DNA of 62,768 nt, counting the filler, from Platydemus manokwari (lineage: Eukaryota), in assembly GCA_037951405.1 (NCBI GenBank). It is 6 parts of 6 records of this genome, joined end to end, with 100 filler letters (N's around TTAATTAATTAA, not from the genome) between each part and the next. Parts side by side here need not be neighbours in the genome. Positions count along the whole stretch, not along the records: positions 51,634 to 62,768 come from JBBMOY010888867.1; 5 more parts are not named here. The stretch is one strand, 5' to 3'. The notes under the pieces are model-generated. The model was not told where the DNA came from, made no database searches, and saw nothing but the letters and a program-made list of their open reading frames with translations. The translations under genes were made by a program, and so were the position numbers. Positions 53,093 to 62,768 of this stretch are shown piece by piece. Each line of letters begins with the position of its first letter. The first letter of the stretch is position 1.

Positions 53093-56000
53093 TTAATCTT
53101 CCCAGAATGGATAGTTCTTGTCTATTCGGAATCTGAAATAATCAATTTTCATATATTTCATTGAAAATTTGTCGACGAACAGTATTGGAATCGTTTAATA
53201 ATTAAAAACGTGCTACCTAAAACATTGATTAGATTTTATTGATTTGTAATTTTTTTTGTTAGGTAACATATTTTGTATTATTTATACCAGTCAGATTAAA
53301 TGAATACATGTCACTGTTTAAATCGATATCTCTACTATTATTATAAATATTGATCGATATTTGCATTTTCAATTCATAGTATTCTGTCTGATTACTCAAA
53401 AATTCCGTCCATAGACCTTATAAGACTGTGAAATATTTAACAAAGTGCTTTATCAGTACAAACTTCACTGTTTGTAGTGCAATATCGCTTGAAAACCCAT
53501 GATAATAAAACCCGTCATTTAATCAATTATGCCAATTTATCGTTAATGGTTTCCGATTGACGTCGCGACAGCTGTGCTAAAAACCAAATTTACGTATTCG
53601 ATTGAAATAACATTGATATTCTATCAGAACACTTAAGAAACCGCTCGAATTCTGTGATTGGATTGTGCAATGATAAAAAAATAAACAAAATCAGAATAAA
53701 CAACTTTAAATAATAATAAACAAATGTGAACCATTATTATAAACACATCAATACATGCGCTCCTGTATCCATATATTATCTAAATAACTGGTCAAATGGT
53801 ATTGCAACACAATCCCTCAATGATTGACCTTGACATTCATTGTACTTTGAGTAGTTTTTTGTAATCATTGATTTTTTAGTAATTACTCTGTAATTATCAC
53901 ACACAATATAAACGAACACCGCTTTGTTGAAATATTAAATGTTTTAATCAATAATCAAGTTCTGTGTCAATATTCGTAAATATCATAAACAAAACATGTA
54001 GCTTACATTTTTGGATCACACATTCGTTGCGAAATATCTCTGTTATCCAAGATGTTAAATTCTTCATCCGATAGTTTAATTGAAGCCGCCTAAATAAAAG
54101 AATAACAATAATGTCTTTATCATCGATCGATTGCCTCAATATTTTGTTTCAATCGTTCAGGTGAAGCAGATTTCGGAATGCAAATTAATCCTCGAGTAAG
54201 AATATAGCTTATGAGAATTTGTCCAGCCGTTGCATTATGGTTTTGGGCTATTCTTAACACTTCTGGATCTTCTAAAGGTCTATGGTCTTCTTCTTCAGCA
54301 GTCGGTCGATCAAATGCCCCACCTAACGGCGAATAAGCCATTACTTGGATATCATTTTTCAAACAAAATTCAACAAGTTTTTTATTCGGAAGGTAAATAT
54401 GAACCTCGATCTGAACAAAACTTGTTACACGTCATGAAATATTATACGGGTTCTATACTTGATTTACAGCTGGTCTTATTCGACAATTATCAAGAATGTA
54501 TTGTACTTGTTTAATGTTAAAATTCGATACACCAATAGATCGAACTTTGCCCGAATCAACCAATTTTTCCATGGCCTGAAATTTTATAAAGAAATTTATG
54601 TTAACAAAATATTTGCAAATGAAACCAATCAATAAATTGAGAATATAAAAATTTGATTCTCTGTCCAATTTTAATGAATAAATAAAAATATACAACGACA
54701 TGCAACGATCAAAAAATTTGTGGAAATGATTGAGAAAATCGATAAATTATGCTCCAATAAAAAATGAAACCTATCAATAGATTCATAATATAAACAAGAA
54801 TAAAAGAACCAGTAAATATCGTAAAATAAAAAACTCCAGCATATTATTGAATGTCATCGAAAGCATTTTTATCATTATTTAATTTTCGCAAATCATCAAT
54901 AACATAATGTCAACATTATTTTCATTGAACGAAATACCAGTGACAAAGAAACTTTTAGAAAACAATTTAATTCGATAAAGACTCGTACATAGATTAGATT
55001 ACAGCAAACGACCTTTAATACGATTTGCAAAAATATATTCATGAAATAGTTTTATTAAACCGCTTTTCATATTGGCGTTTTATTTGAGATATAGTACGTT
55101 CACATTAAATATCGATTCGTGATTTTTATTATTTCAGGTCAACAAATAATAAATTATTATTCCATTTATTATTAAATAACGTTATGAAATTAAAATCGGT
55201 GATTTATATGAAAATATTTTCTGTCACATTTGCACATGTCAATTTTCTAACCAATGAAAATAGAATTTCATTCTCTATTCAAGTTTAACGAATAAATAAA
55301 AATATACAACAACGTGCAACGATCGATAAATTTGTCGAAATGATTTAAAAAATCGATAAATTATTCTACCACAAAAAAATTATATTTAATACAAATCACC
55401 TTCAAATAATATTTTTATAGAAATTGGAATGTAAGCATTTGACCAATGAAATTTAATTGGTTCAGATCCTTAAAAATTATCAAACGAAAATTAAAATAAA
55501 GAGACAATGTTATTTTAATTCAAAATGTGAAACACGTATTAATTTATCACGAATCATTTAAAGGTTTATAAATATGGGGTTTTGAGATTTGAGGACATTT
55601 TTCTCTATTTATTATAGAAAATCAATCGTTGGTTTCACTTATAAAACAATAATTTCAATTATTCGATCATGAAAAAATTAATTCATTTACAGCGTAATCA
55701 GCTAAAACCAGTAAGATATAGCAGTAAAATTACCCTCCAAGTGTCTAACAAATCAACATCATCGATCTCGTCTTTATATATATCTGCACTTGGAAATAAA
55801 TTTCCATACTAAAATAAGACCGTCAATATTGTCTTCATTTTATAGGAAATATTTTTACCTTAGTTGCCAACGGCCAATGTATTAAATATAAATCTAAATA
55901 CTCTAATTTCAAATTTGTCAGCGTTTCATTAAATCCTAATGGCACATTTTCAGGACGATGAAATGAATTCCAAAGCTATACATATTAAATTAGTCAAATT

Positions 56001-56294
56001 AAAACACAATTTTTTCACCTTGCTCGTTACAAAAACATCATTTCTTTGAAATTTTCCCCCATTGAAAGCTTCTTCCAAAGCATCGCCAATTTCTTTCTCA
56101 TTTAAATATGCCCATGCACAATCCAAATGTCTATACCCCAAATTAAGGGCAATTTTAGTACTTGTTTTCACTTCACCAGGTTTAGACTATTTATAAATAA
56201 ATAGCTGTAACAAACATTTTAAACTAACCAGCCATGATCCTAATCCAAGGTTTGGCATATCATAGCCGTTGAATAATTTGATATTCTTTGTCAT
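53093..56294 (-). CDS. Aldo-keto reductase (AKR1-like), 313 aa; exons 56294-56229, 56186-56019, 55975-55859, 55808-55734, 54575-54459, 54410-54135, 54089-54007, 53132-53093
   Basis: [61 protein letters not shown]; catalytic D-Y-K-H intact; six GT-AG introns and one GC-AG intron. Confidence 0.95.
54651..55364. repeat. Diverged ~100-nt direct duplication (54651-54750 and 55265-55364) in AKR intron 4
   Basis: AATAAATAAAAATATACAAC..GCAACGATC..AAATTTGT.GAAATGATT..AAAATCGATAAATTAT occurs twice, 614 nt apart. Confidence 0.85.
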
Positions 56295-56601
56295 TTTAAA
56301 AAGAATATTATCCAAAAGTAGTTTAACAAAATCAGTTCGTTTGAACAAAATGAATGACTTTTCTTTTTCCAATTAAAATTTTTTTATAAAAAATTTAAGA
56401 CGAAATTTTAGAAAGATATAATTAAAATTAAATTAGACAACCAAATCATACACTAAAATTAATTATCATGAAATAATGTCAAAAGACATTTTCTTAATTT
56501 AAGCCATATCATTAAGAATTAATTAAGACATGAATAAAATTGATTTTAAAAATGTAAATAAATATAAATATTATAATTGATTTTATTTATTTTTATTAAC
56601 A
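56295..56601. promoter_or_regulatory. Candidate bidirectional promoter between AKR and the 243-aa ORF
   Basis: Divergent start codons separated by only 307 nt of extremely AT-rich sequence. Confidence 0.45.
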
Positions 56602-57333
56602 ATGTTAGAAACAAAAGAAAGTAATGTAATAGAAACACCTTCCAAAAGTTTATGTAGTTTAAGTAATCTTGCGAAGGAAACTTCAAAATTTGAAAGGAGT
56701 CGAGAAGATCCAATTTTTATGAATAAATTATTTAGTAAATTAAAATCTAATGATGACAGCTTCAAATCACAAGATCTTTTTGTTGAATCAATTAAATTAA
56801 AGCACTCTAGGAATTCTTTTAAATTAAGTCGACCAAAGATATCAAAAATATTTTGGCCTGAAATTAAAAAACCCGTAGATAAGCAATTTAAAACGGTTTT
56901 TATCATGAAAGTGAAAGATGAATCAGATAAAACTATACTTCCTCTACAACATAAAGCAAATGGAAAAGTTTATTTTAATGACTACATTGAGGGTGTTGTA
57001 ATAGACAATGGTATGGATGGTTGGGGAAATAATCCAAAAATGTTTAACTATTATAGAAGAAGCGATTACAATGACATTGAAAGATGTTGTATTTTTTCAT
57101 GGCTGTCATTATGGAATTGTTTAAAGAAACATAGGAATGATTATTTACAGGAAAATTTGAATAAGAAAACAAAGTATTATTTAGTCCATTCCAAAAATGT
57201 CACCGAATTGATGAGTTTTCCTTCAACTACGCCTGGTGAGAGAGAAAAATTAAAATGCGAAATATTAGCAAATTCAGATTCGTCATTGTATTGCGAAACG
57301 TTGGATTTGAATAATACAGATAGTTTAAATTGA
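56602..57333 (+). CDS. Intronless 243-aa protein, possibly a divergent Phactr-type PP1-regulatory protein
   Basis: Long ATG ORF in AT-rich DNA; KVYFNDYIE (RVxF) ... NYYRRSD ... LKKHRNDY ... resembles Phactr IRFSDYVE..DYDRRAD..IRKELNEF; FKLSRP resembles an RPEL remnant. Confidence 0.65.
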   Translation: MLETKESNVIETPSKSLCSLSNLAKETSKFERSREDPIFMNKLFSKLKSNDDSFKSQDLFVESIKLKHSRNSFKLSRPKISKIFWPEIKKPVDKQFKTVFIMKVKDESDKTILPLQHKANGKVYFNDYIEGVVIDNGMDGWGNNPKMFNYYRRSDYNDIERCCIFSWLSLWNCLKKHRNDYLQENLNKKTKYYLVHSKNVTELMSFPSTTPGEREKLKCEILANSDSSLYCETLDLNNTDSLN

Positions 57334-58879
57334 GAATAACAATTAAAAATACAATGGGAATGCAAATTCAAAATTAATAAGAATTTGGGATTTATTTTCA
57401 AAAGAACTCCAAATTGAGCTAATAATGAATACATAAGATCCAGTTTGTCAGCAGAATTATGAAATTCTTGGATAAAACTCAAATAGTTGAGAAGTAAAAA
57501 AATAGTATTTTTTAAATAAAGAAAATTTTTATTTTTTCTAATACTTTATGAAACTTTTAATTTGATAATTGAACACTTATTAAAGACAACATATATAAAT
57601 AACCCATAATACTAAATGTCTATTTTTGATTTTTATTTTTCCTGATTCTAAAGTTCTAAATATATTAAAATATATCACTGGGTGTGAAATTATTTATTTT
57701 CTATGGTTTATAGACGTCCAATTATCTACAAATATTTGACTCTGTGATTGTTGGGTTGCTATGCATGTATGGTTGTGTTGGCATATAAATGCCTAAAGTA
57801 CTAAAATAAGAGTTCCAATGTGCAAAATTTGGAATATATCTTATTTACTCAACATATCTTCCTCCTCGTGAAGATTTTGCCTCCAAAATCTTTGCAATTT
57901 GCGCTGGAATTTTAAAACGATACTTGACTGCAAACATAGCCTTCGCTTACTTTAAATTCTTCTTTGCAAAATCAAGGTTGATTTTACTCAAAAATCAATA
58001 ATTTATCGATTAAGTTTATTCAAAAATTGTCTCATGAATGTCACTAGTAATAACAATTATATATTGAAACTAATTTATAATTATGCATGAATTAAACTTG
58101 AATAGCCTATCCATTTTTAATTTAATGTATCTAGTAATATAAAAAAATATGACTAGAAATATACAAACTAACGGATTGGTGAATAAAACATTTTAATTGA
58201 ACTTAAAAGTATTACTTGTTCTTGATGTTTTTGTACCACTTAATTCTGTTAAAGAAATAAAAGTTACAAATATATTGAACATGTTCAGAAATAAAGTCAA
58301 ATAACCATGGGATCTCGCTGATAGAATGATTTCTGAGCTTGGTGGATCATTGTTGAGCAATTTGTTAAAAAATGCAATAGTCTCGAGGAACACATTGATA
58401 AGCAAAATATATAAATTCATTATCATTTAAATGGGAATGAGTCTGTAATAAAGTGATAATCATGCTGTTGATGGTTTGTTCTTAATTCTGCTGATATTTA
58501 GATAAATTGATGTATTTTAACTTGTCAAATGTCTCATCATTTTACAGCGCAATTATCCATAATAATATTTAATAAAATTTAATTGTGAAGTCGCCAAATT
58601 ACGAGAATAGATGACCAGTTGTGGCAGCTTACCAAGAAACCGTCGTAGTAGAGAACGAAAGCTAGTATTACAGCACATTACAATCGTAAAATTTTTAAAC
58701 AAGATGATTCAAATAACATAAATAATGTAACTTGTAAGAAAAGAAGTAAAAAGGAGAGAAAAACATAAAAGAGTGCAATAAAATATTATGAATTTTATAA
58801 CTAAAAAGAACTTAAACAATTCGAAAAAGTACACAATGAGTAAAAAGAAACGACTATATCATCATTTGAAGAATAAGAA

Positions 58880-60040
58880 CTACAAAAATTTCGTATTATA
58901 GAATGCAAGGAGGATCAGGCGCAATTTTAAAGATTCAAAACAAAAAGTTTGAGCTTTTACTAGATGTACGAGAAAGAATAAATGTTATTAAAAACAGATA
59001 TTTAAATACCTAGACCATATAAAAATAGAATATATCAATGAAAGTTTGCTTTGTGCAAATGATAGTAAACTGAATTCAACTGGTAATGTAACATTGAAAG
59101 TCGAAGCGGGAATGCAAGCAAAAAATGAAACTTTATTGTTGTCTGTCGAACACATGTCACAACAAATCATAGCGGGTAGTAAATTTCAAAAGATATTTGG
59201 ATTAAAGCTATTTTCTAACAAGATTTATTTAAATAAAGAAATAGACCAAAGAAAAGACAAACACAATTCTATTTGCAAGATTATAGCTAAATTCACATGG
59301 AATATTAAAAATAAAGAGTCTCTTAACCGTAAAGGAAGGTTCTCGGTTATATGAGAATATTAGTAACAGCAAAAATATATTCATGGCAGAACATAGAAAT
59401 ATAGGTTGTGCGAAATTGAAACAAGTGACAATCCAATAAATACCAAATTGTGGAGACAGTCGGTGAATTTAGAAGAAAAGATAGATGAAACAATCAAGAA
59501 TTTGGCCAAAATAACATTATAGAGAAGTACAAATTACCATGGAATCCTTAAATTGCTAGGTAGTGTATTTGTTTCTAAATACTTTACATCTATTGACCTA
59601 AATAATGCGTAATACAAAGTAGAAGAAGAATCCCAAAAAACAGTATTTTTAATGATAAATAGACAATATCGTTTCAGAAGGACTCCATTTGGCGTTACAG
59701 TAGTACTTGACACTCTTTAAGAACTAGTGACAAAAGTATTGATCGATTGAAAGATAAAGGCGCAACAATTTTCCTAGACGATATGCTAACATTTTCAAAA
59801 ACTGTAGAACACTATAAAATCTTAGAAAAAGTAATCAAAAATAGGAAAAGCTTGATTAAGGATAATTTCAAAAAAACGTATCATCAAAAAGGAAATAAAG
59901 TTTCTCAAAGACATAATAAATTAAGGTATCAAAACAGATTTACATAAGATTAAAGCAATTAAAAAGTTTGAAAGACCAAAATGCATAAAAAAATTAAGAA
60001 GCTTCTTAGAAATCTGCGTTTACTATGGGGAATTCAAAAC
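58880..60040 (+). mobile_element. Degenerate Ty3/Gypsy protease-RT remnant
   Basis: LLDV..RINVI (protease-like), YRF.RTPFG, IFLDDMLTFSK, RPKCIKKLRSFLEIC.YY. Confidence 0.7.
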
Positions 60041-61614
60041 TTGTCACGAGTTTTCTTCAAAACGAGACACGAAATTTTCAAGTTTATTTTTCAGTATTTT
60101 AATTTATCAATTTCTTTTTTAAACAACTTTGGTGCTTAACTATTATCTTACTCTTAAAATTTCATTAAAATGTATTATAATATTTTGAGGTTCATTTATT
60201 GTGAGTCTGTCAATCCTACAATTTGCTTTATCTCTCATTACTGATAATTCTGCTTCCCATTCCTCGTTATCTTCTGGAAATGTTGTATTTATTATATTTT
60301 CAGAATCATGTATGTTAACTTTCTTTTGTGAGTATTGATTATCGAAATTAATTTTGGTTTGAGGAACATGCTCTTTCTAAATATCAAAAATAACCGCAGG
60401 ACTAGCACTTTACTTTTCCTTGAATGTTCATTGTATTCGTAAAGGGGGTTTTGATACATTTTTTGATTTGTAGCTTTGTGCAACGTGACCTACTATATTG
60501 TGTTCAAACAAATTCGAGATTCTCTCTTAGATAGCTCGTTTCACTTGTAACTAAATGAAGTTCTAGTTGATTGCATTTTATTGAAAACCCCTTGATTTAT
60601 GCAAGTGTTTAATGACCGCGAATAATGACAATCGATGAACAATAACCGATTTGCATACATTTTCAATTTCAAGAATTCAAAAATGTCTTAGTCGATCTTT
60701 TAGATAGTTACAGACGAAGCTGAGTGCTATCTCATTTTTACCCTTTTTGATGTTTTCGGTTTCTATTGCAAAATTTACGGGTTATATGTGCACTGAAATG
60801 CAGTTTATTCCAACTCTCATCCTGTTTTTCGTAAGTTCGAAGTAATCAACTGCATTAATGTCATTTTTATAAAAAATGAACTGTCAACGCATTTTGATTT
60901 TTGCTTGCTAATCTACCTTAGGACCTAGTGATTTTTCTGCTATTGCTGACAGATGAAAAGTGAATTACCTGACCCTTTGATTAGCTTTTTGTGTCTTGAG
61001 AAAATTTTTGTGAGAAAACGTACGCATCCACTAATAAGGTTTTTGGCAAAAGCATTATTGATTTATATCCATTCTTCAATATTTCCAAGCTCAATTTTGT
61101 TATTTGCTATCTGGTCGCTAATTTTAAATAGAAGGCTGATTCTGATCTATTATCGTTCGTTTTGATCTTCAGTTTGTAGCGGCGTACATGAAGTAAGAAG
61201 TCATGAAATCGACAAATTTGATAGGATGATAAAGATCTACAAATATTAACATAAAAATAAGGCAGATCTATAGTACACAAAAGTAAATTCTAAATTTTAT
61301 TTGAAAAAATCATGAATATCTTAAAATATTAGTTTCTTACTAGAACATTTGAAATAACTTTCAATTTTTACAAGATTTATAAGATATCTTTATTTTTATA
61401 TTAAAGCTAGTTTACAAATGATAATCTAGTTTTACAATAGAACACAGAAATATTTCTTTAATCACATTGTTTTACCACACAAAAATATATATTGTTTATG
61501 TGATTTTTGCAAATTATACTATTTTTATTATTGAATATTAAGAGTTCCTTAACACTAAAAATTTTTAATAATACACTTTGACACAGAGATAAAATATTAC
61601 AAATAATTTTAAAA

Positions 61615-62474
61615 ATGGTAATAATCAATAAAATCTGTAACGTTAATTTTATATCATATTTTACAGAATATATCATCACCATTAAATATTGATCCATTTA
61701 TTGATTTGGATTATAATGTGGAATTTCTAAATGATATTCAATATGAAAATTTAGACGACTTGGAAAGCAGTTTATGTAATGATTTTATCACCGAAACAAT
61801 CAATTCGAAATCAGATTCAACTTTATCAACGAATTCTATTATTGATTTCGAGTTTCTTCAGGATGAAGACATCAATTTAGATCTATTATTAAATCAGGAC
61901 TTAGATTTACCAGATGATTTGTCATATAATTTTCCTGGTATCAATCATGAAAAAATAAAATAAATTTTACTACTGTTAATTTCAGATATTAATGTGACAA
62001 ATGATAATTATTTCAACAAGAAACCTGATAAAATGAGATATTTTAAAAAATCTAAAAGAAATAAAAATACAATTTTACCATTTAGCATCAAGGATTTAGA
62101 TGTGCATTATCGATCTTTTCCGAAATCAAATTTGAAAAATGAAGATTTGATTCACGGCAAACCGGTATTAATCGAGTTTGGATTTTTCTATCAAAAATCA
62201 TTTTAAGGGTGATCGAATATATCTGAGCAAAGAAGAATGTGAAATGTTGATTCGTGATGGTTATTCCGTTCCTACTCATTTACCATTAACAAAGACTGAG
62301 GAAAGGGCAGTCAAAAGTGTTCGAAGGAAAATTAGAAATAAAATTTCCGCCAAAAATAGTAGAGCAAAGAAAGAAACATATGTTGAGGGACTCGAACAGC
62401 GAATATCTCTCTGTTCAAAGGAAAATTTAATGCTTCGTCAGAAATTAGCTGAAACAGAAAAAGAAAAAATGTAA
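61615..62474 (+). CDS. CREB3/OASIS/CrebA-family bZIP transcription factor; exons 61615-61617 (ATG only), 61667-61937, 61986-62164, 62208-62470/62474; 3' end uncertain
   Basis: Acidic N-terminus, ATB motif IYLSKEE..ML..DG..VP.HLPLTK.EE, and basic region VRRKIRNKISAKNSRAKKETYVEGLEQR; 43-49 nt GT-AG introns in phase. Confidence 0.9.
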
Positions 62475-62691
62475 GAAGTGTCTTAAATTTTGCTTATTAA
62501 AATTTAATTTTTTAATTAATATTTTATTAATTTATATTATTTTTATCTAATATTTTCATTTCGTATAATTTTTTATGATTAGTTTGCCAATTCCATGCGA
62601 TTTAGTATTTATAATAGAAAAATATCAGTGTTATGCTATTTAAGACGTGTTAAATTCGATTGAATTGAAATTATTTCATGATGACTATAAG

Positions 62692-62768
62692 TATTAGGGT
62701 GAACCAAAAGTTCTTTCCGATTTTTTATTAAAAATTTAAACATAATTTTACAACAAATGGAAAACAAT
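62692..62768 (+). mobile_element. Probable left end of a mariner element (TA + TIR + transposase start)
   Basis: TA-TTAGGGTGAACCAAAAGTTCTTTCCGATTTTT resembles mariner TIRs; ATG GAA AAC AAT (MENN) at 62757 resembles mellifera-type transposase starts; cut by the window end. Confidence 0.4.

Noticed and set aside
1-62768. CRISPR arrays, rRNA, operon-like prokaryotic systems
   Set aside because: No regularly spaced repeats or rRNA motifs seen; intron-containing eukaryotic DNA.

Overview
Very AT-rich animal genomic DNA (standard code, spliceosomal introns mostly 42-60 nt). The window is six contigs joined by identical artificial 100-nt spacers (44 N + TTAATTAATTAA + 44 N), so gene order across spacers cannot be trusted. 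Host genes reconstructed by hand: RPL4/uL4, RCL1, a partial unc-79, a SUMO-like protein without di-Gly, an N-myristoylated TLDc-domain protein, an aldo-keto reductase with one GC-AG intron, an intronless divergent Phactr-like (PP1-docking) ORF and a CREB3/CrebA-type bZIP factor. Much of the rest is decayed transposons: Ty3/Gypsy, RLE-type and other non-LTR, pogo, Tc1/mariner and hAT. The most unusual item is a decayed chuvirus/herpes-gB-type (class III) envelope glycoprotein ORF lying upstream of, and co-oriented with, a Ty3/Gypsy PR-RT-RH-IN pol. All homologies are motif recognition from memory, with no searches run. The species cannot be determined from the sequence.
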